Source: Escherichia phage W143
Length of the DNA stretch: 64,000 nt
Reading direction: 5' to 3' (one strand)
Sequence record: MZ189262.1
The notes under the pieces were generated by a model. It saw nothing but the letters and a program-made list of their open reading frames with translations, was not told the DNA's origin and searched no databases. Made by a program: the position numbers and the translations under genes. Below, in pieces: positions 31,379-41,960 of this stretch. Within the stretch, counting starts at the first letter, position 1. Each line of letters starts with the position of its first letter.

Positions 31379-31571
31379 TACTTATAATTTCAACATCAGC
31401 CCAATGACCATAGCAAGGAAGACGAAATTCAACTGGCCAGTTAGGGTCCTTTTCTAATATAATAGACTGAACTTGTGGCTCTTCATATTCATCGGTATAC
31501 GGACCTTTATACGTTACTTTATATGTGACCTTAATGTACTGAATTCCAAAAATCTTATTAATTATATTCAT
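31365..31571 (-). CDS. hypothetical protein (30.x cluster)
   Basis: 68 aa; overlapping-stop arrangement. Confidence 0.5.
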   Translation of the reverse strand: MNIINKIFGIQYIKVTYKVTYKGPYTDEYEEPQVQSIILEKDPNWPVEFRLPCYGHWADVEIISIENV

Positions 31572-31765
31572 ACTAATTCCTTTAATCCGTAAATAGGAGA
31601 TAATTCATCACCCATACGAAGGTCTTCATTTCCATCTACCCAGGAAACAATATAAGCCTCTTTTATTTGAATACCACTCCATTTAAATGGAGGTAGAACC
31701 TTAGAAATTAATCCAGGTATACCGACTCCCTTTAATTCAACAGTTTGACCCAAAAAGAATTTCAT
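31568..31765 (-). CDS. hypothetical protein (30.x cluster)
   Basis: 65 aa. Confidence 0.5.
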   Translation of the reverse strand: MKFFLGQTVELKGVGIPGLISKVLPPFKWSGIQIKEAYIVSWVDGNEDLRMGDELSPIYGLKELV

Positions 31766-32052
31766 TAGAACCTCATCTGAAAACCATGCGATTTAACATT
31801 ACCGCCGTCAATATCAGAAATGTTAATTTCACGCGCAATTGAAGGGTCAATGTCAATTTCACGATTGAGTTTAGCGATAGCTAGAGTATCACGCCCATTT
31901 ACAGTACGGAACTCTAAAGGGCAGACTGCATTAACATAGTTTTTAATCGATTCACTAGTAGGCTGCAAATGAGCAGGAAGGTCTTTAGGCGCCTTTGAGA
32001 AAACCACTTCACAGAAATTTTTGCGGGTATCAAAATAAGTAGTCATAAACAT
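31765..32052 (-). CDS. hypothetical protein (30.x cluster)
   Basis: 95 aa; GAGG RBS; hairpin upstream. Confidence 0.55.
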   Translation of the reverse strand: MFMTTYFDTRKNFCEVVFSKAPKDLPAHLQPTSESIKNYVNAVCPLEFRTVNGRDTLAIAKLNREIDIDPSIAREINISDIDGGNVKSHGFQMRF

Positions 32053-32068
32053 AGTATTTTCCTCAGTA

Positions 32069-32084
32069 AGGGGCCGAAGCCCCT
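32069..32084. terminator. GC hairpin inside 30.x cluster (GGGGCCGAAGCCCC)
   Basis: Perfect stem; U tract lies on the + strand side, so function on the - strand is ambiguous. Confidence 0.35.
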
Positions 32085-32092
32085 ATTTTATT

Positions 32093-32458
32093 TTAAATAT
32101 CAAATTCGTTAAGAACTACATCAAAGATCGCTTCAAGATGCTCAGGTTTAGCTCTGTTACTCAGAATATGACGAATCCAAGTTTTAACCAGAAGCTTACG
32201 ATTGACGCCATTCCAGCAAGGATGAGTCCCTAAATCACGTTGACGGAAATCATCATCTAATGCGATTTTAAAAGAAGAACCTTCTTTCGTGATTGAAACC
32301 GTGATGCCATTTTCAAATCGCATATAAACGTAGTTAGGAGTCATATACTGTTCAATTTCGCATACTGATCCATTTTGATGTTTCCAAAGGCAGATAGTAT
32401 CAATAGAACCTGCAATACCGTTAGAAACATATTTACGTTCAAAGTTGATGTAGTTCAT
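32093..32458 (-). CDS. hypothetical protein (30.x cluster)
   Basis: 121 aa. Confidence 0.55.
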   Translation of the reverse strand: MNYINFERKYVSNGIAGSIDTICLWKHQNGSVCEIEQYMTPNYVYMRFENGITVSITKEGSSFKIALDDDFRQRDLGTHPCWNGVNRKLLVKTWIRHILSNRAKPEHLEAIFDVVLNEFDI

Positions 32459-32526
32459 TTTTATTCTCCGAGATGTTTAATTGCGGTACAGGTATATAAT
32501 ATCATATCCTGTACCAAAGTAAACAA

Positions 32527-32859
32527 TTATTTTACTACTTTCCAGTGCTGCATGTCAAGTTTACCAACTTTTTTCATCTTCTCAATTAAGCGTTCGGCAC
32601 GTTGGCGAGCTGTAACATAATACCATTCACCCAATTCATTTTGTTCAATTTTTCCAACGATTACTGTATTCAATTCATAAATCCAACCAGTAAAGAAATT
32701 ATGAACTTGAATTGTAAAGGTGAAATCTGTTCCCATACCTTCTGTTGTTTCTACTTCAATAATATCACCTTCAACTGCCATTAAGAACCACATAGTTTCA
32801 TCATATTTACCATTGAAGCATTTAGTTTTAACTGTGGCGTTCAGATTAATCGTTTTCAT
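32527..32859 (-). CDS. hypothetical protein (30.x cluster)
   Basis: 110 aa; early promoter upstream. Confidence 0.55.
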   Translation of the reverse strand: MKTINLNATVKTKCFNGKYDETMWFLMAVEGDIIEVETTEGMGTDFTFTIQVHNFFTGWIYELNTVIVGKIEQNELGEWYYVTARQRAERLIEKMKKVGKLDMQHWKVVK

Positions 32860-32886
32860 TTTATTCTCCTTTGTTTGTGTAAGATA

Positions 32887-32916
32887 ATACTATCACAAAG
32901 GAACTATACTGTAAAC
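32887..32916 (-). promoter_or_regulatory. early promoter inside the 30.x cluster
   Basis: - strand GTTTACA, 17 nt spacer, TAGTAT; directly after the 30.9 terminator. Confidence 0.6.
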
Positions 32917-32934
32917 AACTTTATGCAATCTTTG

Positions 32935-32965
32935 GAAAATAAAAAAGGACTCCCGAAGGAGTCCT
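32935..32965 (-). terminator. intrinsic terminator after 30.9-position gene
   Basis: - strand AGGACTCC-TTCG-GGAGTCCT followed by TTTTTTATTTT. Confidence 0.75.
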
Positions 32966-32969
32966 CAAC

Positions 32970-33146
32970 TTATGCTTTCTGCTTACCAAAACGAGAAGCA
33001 TCATCTCGAAGAACCGCACGTGCTCGGCGCATGATCTTCTCAACAGTTTGATTGATACGAGAGTTCGACCCACGCTTGTAACCAGCGCGTTTAGAATCAC
33101 CAACTTTCTTTTCAACTGCTTTCTTTGCTTTAGCTTGTTTTGCCAT
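32970..33146 (-). CDS. small basic protein (30.9 position)
   Basis: Likely start MAKQAKAKK (ORF track frame 32970..33188); Lys/Arg-rich; terminator downstream. Confidence 0.5.
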   Translation of the reverse strand: MAKQAKAKKAVEKKVGDSKRAGYKRGSNSRINQTVEKIMRRARAVLRDDASRFGKQKA

Positions 33147-33266
33147 TATAAATTCTCTTTTAAATGAAAATGCAGGACTTATTGGCATTGCCTGCGCAGG
33201 CCCTCAAGGGGAACATAGGTTTTTGAATATTTAACGACCAGGATAACCATAAACCCGTCATCATAC

Positions 33267-33515
33267 TTACTTCAGTGTTACCACAAAGTGACGAACTGCT
33301 TTTCGTGCGGCAGAAGCCAGAGGCTTAGCATACTTAAGTTCATCTTTTTCCTGGAGCTCAGCAGCTAATGCAGTTTGAGCAGGATTCAGATGTTTGAAAT
33401 AACGCAGGATTTCAAGAGCTTCGGCTTCAACATCAATAGATGCGCCATAGTTTTCGTGACCATTATTCCATGCGTTTCGTTGCAGTTCAAGAGCGTGTTG
33501 TAATTGTTTAATCAT
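33267..33515 (-). CDS. rIII: lysis inhibition accessory protein rIII
   Basis: 82 aa, N-terminus MIKQLQHALELQRNAWNNGHENYG; synteny between 30.x and 31. Confidence 0.85.
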   Translation of the reverse strand: MIKQLQHALELQRNAWNNGHENYGASIDVEAEALEILRYFKHLNPAQTALAAELQEKDELKYAKPLASAARKAVRHFVVTLK

Positions 33516-33654
33516 TTAAAAATTCTCGTTAGAGATTAAAACTCGGTAGTCACGTTCTTCTGAATTTCATCTTCTTTCGACAGATCTCTCAGTTGTAGAC
33601 TACCACGTAGAATTGTTCGGTTAACTTATTATTCCGACACCCAATTCATATTAT

Positions 33655-33662
33655 TATTTATA
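33655..33662 (-). promoter_or_regulatory. candidate late promoter (TATAAATA on - strand) at gene 31 stop, upstream of rIII
   Basis: Exact motif but about 140 nt from the rIII start. Confidence 0.3.
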
Positions 33663-33998
33663 TCACTTATAAAGACACGGAATAGCTTTATAGTGACAAG
33701 TAACGAATTTTTGTTTAATTTCTTTTGGCTGCTTAAGACCCAGAGCTACAAAAGGATGCGGAACGTTTCGAATTTGACCAACTGGAAGAGAAGTCAAATC
33801 ACCAACTTCACAGAAACCTTCAGGAACATCAGGACCAACAGAGTGAACTACACACAGTTCAGGAACTTCACCTTGAACACGTTTACCGATAATAAGTCCT
33901 GATTCTGTAACTTCTTCATCACCGGCTTGCGCAGGTTCAGAAACTAAAATAACATATTCACCGACAGCACGAATTGGTAGCTGTTGTACTTCAGACAT
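33663..33998 (-). CDS. 31: co-chaperonin gp31 (GroES-like, for gp23 folding)
   Basis: 111 aa, N-terminus [19 protein letters not shown]. Confidence 0.92.
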
Positions 33999-34054
33999 TG
34001 TTTTTCCTTTTTGTTAACAGACGAATTAATAATAACAAATAATTCTTAAAGCAT

Positions 34055-34363
34055 TTATTTACCAATAAATTGAAGCAAATGCTCAACTTTCATACCATTA
34101 ACGGAAATCAATTTGTCAATAGAAAAACCTCGCCATGCACCGAGCTCAACATCAAATACCGGAATCATATCAGTAGATTCTTTCCGAGTAGATTCAGTCA
34201 ATTTACCGGTTTGCATAGTTGGCATAAAGTCAGCATCACGAGTGCCTTTCATAGTACGAATAGTACCATCAGACTTTTCAAAAACCACGTTTGAAATACC
34301 CATGGACAATTTAGTTTTCAAAATTTCACGAATTGCTACTTTCTGTTCAGTTGTCAATTTCAT
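34055..34363 (-). CDS. hypothetical protein (31.1 position)
   Basis: 102 aa; synteny. Confidence 0.6.
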   Translation of the reverse strand: MKLTTEQKVAIREILKTKLSMGISNVVFEKSDGTIRTMKGTRDADFMPTMQTGKLTESTRKESTDMIPVFDVELGAWRGFSIDKLISVNGMKVEHLLQFIGK

Positions 34364-34600
34364 TTATTTACCTATTACAGTTTTAATATGGGTTGTTCCA
34401 CGTTCTTTAAGAGTGGAAAGCAATTTTTGGCATTTTTCTAAATCAGATTTCCAACTATACGGTCTATCAATACAAACCCATTCTGACTTATAATACTGCT
34501 TCCATTTAGAGAAAAAATATTTCTTATACTCTACAGCAAATGAAATGTTCTCGTTAGAATAAGAACTAATTGCTGTGAGCTGTACCAAACGAAATTTCAT
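34364..34600 (-). CDS. hypothetical protein (31.2 position)
   Basis: 78 aa; synteny. Confidence 0.55.
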   Translation of the reverse strand: MKFRLVQLTAISSYSNENISFAVEYKKYFFSKWKQYYKSEWVCIDRPYSWKSDLEKCQKLLSTLKERGTTHIKTVIGK

Positions 34601-35181
34601 TATTCACCACAGAATTCGTTGATATTTTCCCAATTTAACTTATTTAAGTTTTTCTTAGGAACATTAAACACTTCAATACCCGCATTTCGCAGAATATCAT
34701 CCCAGCCAGGTTTATTTTTATCGTATGTTTCGCAATAAACCAGTTTTTTAATTCCAGATTGAGCTATGGCTTTTGCACAATCCGGACAAGGAGAAAGTGT
34801 TACATACATAGTAGCACCTTCAATTGAAGAACCGTTTCGTGCAGCAAACAAAATTGCATTTAGTTCAGCATGAATTTCATTTTTAGACGACCATTCAGAA
34901 TGAGCGCTGCGGTGTTCTTTCGCCAAGACAAAACGATCAGTTGAACCAAATGATACACATTCAGGCTTATGACCTTGAATGATAGTATGTTTAGGCTTAT
35001 TCAGCAACCAACCTTGCTCAGCAGCATAATCGCAGCAATTCACACCCCCGGCAGGTGAACCATTATATCCGGTAGAAATAATACGTCCATTCTTTTCAAT
35101 TACTGCTCCTACCTTCCAGGAGCAACATTTGGATTCTTGTGATACTAAATATGCAATTTGAAGTACTGTACTCGCTTTCAT
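34600..35181 (-). CDS. cd: dCMP deaminase
   Basis: 193 aa; zinc motifs HAELNAI and SPCPDCAKAI. Confidence 0.93.
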   Translation of the reverse strand: MKASTVLQIAYLVSQESKCCSWKVGAVIEKNGRIISTGYNGSPAGGVNCCDYAAEQGWLLNKPKHTIIQGHKPECVSFGSTDRFVLAKEHRSAHSEWSSKNEIHAELNAILFAARNGSSIEGATMYVTLSPCPDCAKAIAQSGIKKLVYCETYDKNKPGWDDILRNAGIEVFNVPKKNLNKLNWENINEFCGE

Positions 35182-35516
35182 TTCATAATCACCAGATAAG
35201 CAGATTTAGCAGTTTCAACACGATAAATTTCGTGACGAAGTTTAGTTATACTTTTAATAACAGAACTAATTATATTCTGCCCATCTTTAAAGCGGTTTTT
35301 CTTATCAATAAAAATTGCACCAGCCATCTTTTTGTGAAGCTCAACTGGATACTTTGTCACAATAATAGCATCATACACAGAAGGATGAATACTATTCACT
35401 AGAGTATCATTCATTAAAGTTATTCTAATGAACTGTGCTGTTTCAGAATCAAGCGCTCTATGATCGCCAATATCATTTTCAAGACAATTATCAATTATAT
35501 CAGTTAAATTCATCAT
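35178..35516 (-). CDS. hypothetical protein (cd.1 position)
   Basis: 112 aa. Confidence 0.55.
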   Translation of the reverse strand: MMNLTDIIDNCLENDIGDHRALDSETAQFIRITLMNDTLVNSIHPSVYDAIIVTKYPVELHKKMAGAIFIDKKNRFKDGQNIISSVIKSITKLRHEIYRVETAKSAYLVIMK

Positions 35517-35749
35517 AGTACGCCATACACCCTTTGTGCTTCAACTAATCCATCAAAATCCAATTTGAGATGTGTTATTTGGTCACCATCACCTGGATTC
35601 ACAATTACTAATACTGAACGAGGAGTTTCGGTAATAACACGAACCGATGTTTCAGGAAATCGTTCAGAAACTTTATTTACCAATTCCTGAGCAAATAGTT
35701 TAACTTTTTCTTGGAATTCTTTAACAGTAATTGGTTTTTCACTTAGCAT
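35513..35749 (-). CDS. hypothetical protein (cd.2 position)
   Basis: 78 aa; early promoter upstream. Confidence 0.55.
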   Translation of the reverse strand: MLSEKPITVKEFQEKVKLFAQELVNKVSERFPETSVRVITETPRSVLVIVNPGDGDQITHLKLDFDGLVEAQRVYGVL

Positions 35750-35779
35750 TTCAATTTCCTCATTTGTTTTGGTAGAGCT

Positions 35780-35809
35780 ATAATATCACAACTCTACCGT
35801 AAAGTAAAC
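35780..35809 (-). promoter_or_regulatory. early promoter upstream of cd.2-position ORF
   Basis: - strand GTTTACT, 17 nt spacer, TATTAT. Confidence 0.6.
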
Positions 35810-35811
35810 TG

Positions 35812-36087
35812 TTAAATTGCTTTGAATTCTGCTGTCTGCGATTCAAAACGAATATCGCCTTTGATAACTAACTCAGCATCAAGACCAAATACGACAATGA
35901 TATGCGCGGAACCTGGATACAGCGTAATTGCAATAGAATCCACCTGGTCTGGAAGCAAAGCGTTCAATACATGAGTCACTTGAGCGTGGATTCGAAGTTC
36001 AGCTGCATTATCAAGCTTTTCAAACATGTTATTAGCGATAATTTGGCTAAACACTACTTCTACGATTTTAGAGTAAGTCGGAAACAT
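35812..36087 (-). CDS. hypothetical protein (cd.3 position)
   Basis: 91 aa. Confidence 0.55.
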   Translation of the reverse strand: MFPTYSKIVEVVFSQIIANNMFEKLDNAAELRIHAQVTHVLNALLPDQVDSIAITLYPGSAHIIVVFGLDAELVIKGDIRFESQTAEFKAI

Positions 36088-36089
36088 AT

Positions 36090-36290
36090 TTACCTCACAT
36101 AATTTTCTTCAAGCCAATCAATAACATCCAAAGCGTTATCAAAAATTGAACCATCTACTTTGTCTTCTGTTTCATAATCAAGAACATCTAAGCCTACTCT
36201 TCCATCAACAATAGGCCATAGACAAAATAGGTATTTCTTTTCTTTTTCAATTTTATCACAAAGACGATAAATCTTTTCTAGATTATTCAT
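36090..36290 (-). CDS. hypothetical protein (cd.4 position)
   Basis: 66 aa. Confidence 0.5.
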   Translation of the reverse strand: MNNLEKIYRLCDKIEKEKKYLFCLWPIVDGRVGLDVLDYETEDKVDGSIFDNALDVIDWLEENYVR

Positions 36291-36479
36291 AAGTTTTCCA
36301 CGGTAAAGGTAGTTTAGTTTTCTTTACTGTTAGTTCAATATCAGGATTCTTTTCTCTTAATTTAAGGCATTCCTCCCAAGCTCTGATTTCACTAGTGAAA
36401 ACACAAAATTGCCCATTACTAGTACCAACTAAACCGCTATTTACAATAACAATAGACCAAGTTTCATGATGCCAAGCCA

Positions 36480-36480
<1 letters not shown>
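36283..36480 (-). CDS. hypothetical protein (cd.5 position)
   Basis: 65 aa. Confidence 0.5.
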
Positions 36481-37680
<1,200 letters not shown>

Positions 37681-37684
<4 letters not shown>

Positions 37685-37917
37685 TTATTTTTCTCAACCA
37701 ATGATTGAATATAATCATGCAGGTCTTTAGATGCTTTACCCCACTTATTTTGGTATTCATTTTTAAGATTAGCACGTGATTGAGCTAATAAAACATCATT
37801 AGTTGGAGGTAAAGATTCTAATCGTTGAATCTGGCGTCCATAAATCATTGCAGCCATCTCAGATTCATAAATCAATCCTTTGAGATGTTCAAATTGATGC
37901 CATGAAATCATTTGCAT
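37681..37917 (-). CDS. hypothetical protein (pseT-upstream cluster)
   Basis: 78 aa. Confidence 0.55.
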
Positions 37918-38207
37918 TTATCCTCTTTTAGCTCTTGACGATAATAACATATCATAGTTTTCTGATCATGTACATATCGTTTTACATCATTAAGCCAAAT
38001 ACGAAATTCCTGGGAATCTTCAAATGGCATACCGACCCAAGCTTTACCATCAATAACTTTAACTTGCCAAGATAGTTTAGCTTCATCATATGACTTTATT
38101 TGTACTGGCCAATTAGGATGAACTGTTTCTTTCTTTACTTCTAGAGGCTTTGTCGAACAACCAACTAGAAGACCAATAGATAATATTACTGCTGATAGTT
38201 TAATCAT
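37908..38207 (-). CDS. putative o-spanin (outer-membrane lipoprotein)
   Basis: 99 aa; lipoprotein signal MIKLSAVILSIGLLVGCS with lipobox LVGC; overlaps upstream i-spanin-like gene by 4 nt. Confidence 0.6.
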   Translation of the reverse strand: MIKLSAVILSIGLLVGCSTKPLEVKKETVHPNWPVQIKSYDEAKLSWQVKVIDGKAWVGMPFEDSQEFRIWLNDVKRYVHDQKTMICYYRQELKEDKCK

Positions 38208-38557
38208 TTAGAAAGGTCCTGGATGTCTTCTGCGAACTTGTTGAAGGAGTTGTTGATTTGTTTTTCAACCAATCCTGGCTTATGAGCCACCACGTCCGCC
38301 TTCTTTGCATCTTTGCGCAGTTTTTCATTTTCACGCTCAATAGCAGCAATTGCCTCACGATTTTTATTATTCATCGCATCAATATAATTATATTGAATTT
38401 TTAAATCATTCAATGCTAAAGCGTTTTCATTGGCCGTTTTTGTAATTTCAGTAACCGATGTTTCTAATCTTTCTACCTTATTTTTTAAAATAATAGATGT
38501 TCCACCAAATGCTATTACAAGTAATAGCAATCCAGCTGTAAAATTACTTACATGCAT
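38204..38557 (-). CDS. putative i-spanin (N-terminal TM helix plus periplasmic coiled coil)
   Basis: 117 aa; hydrophobic segment FTAGLLLLVIAFGGTSIIL followed by heptad-like charged region. Confidence 0.6.
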   Translation of the reverse strand: MHVSNFTAGLLLLVIAFGGTSIILKNKVERLETSVTEITKTANENALALNDLKIQYNYIDAMNNKNREAIAAIERENEKLRKDAKKADVVAHKPGLVEKQINNSFNKFAEDIQDLSK

Positions 38558-39051
38558 AAAGTTTTAATAACCTCTACAATATCGTCTTGAGAAAGACCGT
38601 TAATTAAAATGTGATGTTCAGCCGGAGATTTAGAAATTTTAAAGCATGCCTCAACATCTTCTGCCATATCTGACGCGTTACGATTTGGATTACTAATTCC
38701 AAGACGATGTTTTCCCGTCAAAGGATTAACGATGATGTAGCATTTACAATTATTGATATGAACATTAGGTTGAGTCTGATTAATGAACACATCACAATCA
38801 TATTTCGCAAGCTGATTTTCTAAAAAGACTTTCATCTCCTCAACCGCATCAGGAAGCATATCACGGGCTTGCTCAAGACGACGATTTCGATATTCTTTAA
38901 TGGTCGTTTTCCGCTTGACTTGCTTAGCTAAATCTTTCTTAAGATCGGTGATATATCCAACTCGACGATTTCCTTTGAATACAGAAATCCCATCTGTAGT
39001 ATCACCGTATGCTTCAACGACCATCTCAGTAGTAATAAGCTGCAAATCCAT
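38548..39051 (-). CDS. alc: Alc, inhibitor of host transcription on dC-DNA
   Basis: About 167 aa from second Met; T4 position between spanins/pseT and rnlA; early promoter with repeated leader upstream. Confidence 0.7.
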   Translation of the reverse strand: MDLQLITTEMVVEAYGDTTDGISVFKGNRRVGYITDLKKDLAKQVKRKTTIKEYRNRRLEQARDMLPDAVEEMKVFLENQLAKYDCDVFINQTQPNVHINNCKCYIIVNPLTGKHRLGISNPNRNASDMAEDVEACFKISKSPAEHHILINGLSQDDIVEVIKTLCM

Positions 39052-39059
39052 CATAAAGT

Positions 39060-39112
39060 CCTCATGTTATGTCAGTAAGTCTACTATAACACAACACGAG
39101 GGACTTGTAAAC
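39060..39112 (-). repeat. 53-bp promoter-leader repeat, copy 2
   Basis: Same sequence with a single substitution; drives alc. Confidence 0.8.
39083..39112 (-). promoter_or_regulatory. early promoter for alc (copy 2 of repeated promoter-leader)
   Basis: - strand GTTTACA, 17 nt spacer, TATAGT; near-identical to 23967-23996. Confidence 0.65.
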
Positions 39113-39115
39113 AGC

Positions 39116-40703
<1,588 letters not shown>

Positions 40704-40726
40704 AATAAAATGGGCCTTGCGGCCCA
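40704..40726 (-). terminator. terminator between nrdB and denA
   Basis: - strand TGGGCC-GCAA-GGCCCA followed by TTTTATT, just before the denA ATG. Confidence 0.6.
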
Positions 40727-40730
40727 CTCC

Positions 40731-41909
40731 TTAAAAGTATTTTTTAAAACTCATCATAACTTTATCATCAACATCATTATCAATCTGTGCTACAAGGTAA
40801 GATGACAGTTCTACTTCTTGCGGCGCGGATTGAACATTATCAGAATTAAGGTATTCACGAATCCAAGGATATGGATGTTTAACCGGAGCATCGGTAATTG
40901 GGCATGGAAGACCACACTGTTTCATACGAGATACAGTTAAGTAATCAATAAAGCTCCACATGCTATTTGTATTTAATCCAGGAACATCGCCATCTTTAAA
41001 TAAATGAACTGCCCAGTCTTTTTCTTGACGGTTAACTTCCATGAAAATATCAACTGCTTCTTGTTCACACTCTTGAGCAATTTTAACCCATTCATCACCG
41101 TCAGTGCCAAGTTGAAGTTGACGAATAATATATTGAGTGCCTTTAAGATGAAGTTGCTCATCACGCGCAATGAACTTCATAATCTTGGCATTACCTTCCA
41201 TGATTTCCATGTTCTTATGGAAGTTAAAGGTACATGCAAAAGATACATAAAAACGAATAGCTTCTAAGGCATTAATAACGTGCAAACAGAGGTAAAGAGA
41301 TTTCATTAGTGCTCGTTTAGCTTCGGCTTCTTGTTTAATAGCTCGATTTAAACGAAAAACAGCATCAGGAGATTCTTTAGCTAGTTCTACGAATTCTTTA
41401 GCATTTTCCCATTCACGGGTTTTAGTCAGAACATCATCATAATAGCGACCGATAGATTCAGCACGTTTCATGATAGCTTCATCTAGTACAATCTCATCAA
41501 ATACCTTCGATGGATCAGTATAAAGATTTCGCATGATATGAGTATATGAACGACTGTGAATAGTTTCACTAAAAGTCCATGTAGCAACCCATGTATCAAG
41601 ACTTGGGTCTGAAATTAATGACATAAGTACAGCAGATGGCGCACGACCCTGAATGCTATCTAGAAGTGATTGATACTTCAGATTATTAGTAAAAATATCT
41701 TGCTGATATTGAGGAAGCTTGTTAAATTGTGCAGCATCCATCATTAAGTTTACTTCTTCAGGACGCCAGAAAAATGACAACTGCTTTTCGGTTAAATCTT
41801 CAAAAACTTTATGACGTTGAATATCATAACGCGCAATACCAAGACCTGAACCGAAGAACATAGGTTCTTTTAAAACATCAACTGGATTTGTATTAAAAAC
41901 TGTGCTCAT
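40731..41909 (-). CDS. nrdB: ribonucleotide reductase small subunit, uninterrupted
   Basis: 392 aa continuous frame; diiron-type RNR small subunit by position; no intron-sized gap. Confidence 0.9.
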   Translation of the reverse strand: MSTVFNTNPVDVLKEPMFFGSGLGIARYDIQRHKVFEDLTEKQLSFFWRPEEVNLMMDAAQFNKLPQYQQDIFTNNLKYQSLLDSIQGRAPSAVLMSLISDPSLDTWVATWTFSETIHSRSYTHIMRNLYTDPSKVFDEIVLDEAIMKRAESIGRYYDDVLTKTREWENAKEFVELAKESPDAVFRLNRAIKQEAEAKRALMKSLYLCLHVINALEAIRFYVSFACTFNFHKNMEIMEGNAKIMKFIARDEQLHLKGTQYIIRQLQLGTDGDEWVKIAQECEQEAVDIFMEVNRQEKDWAVHLFKDGDVPGLNTNSMWSFIDYLTVSRMKQCGLPCPITDAPVKHPYPWIREYLNSDNVQSAPQEVELSSYLVAQIDNDVDDKVMMSFKKYF

Positions 41910-41960
41910 AAATTTTCCGCTTAGTTAATAGATAGTGACTCGTCCGTGAGTCAAATTATA

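Noticed and set aside
40704-40727. ORF-track N-terminal extension of denA (MGRKAHFIM...)
   Set aside because: The extension would translate the nrdB terminator hairpin; the downstream ATG (MKEIATEYSF) is the more credible start
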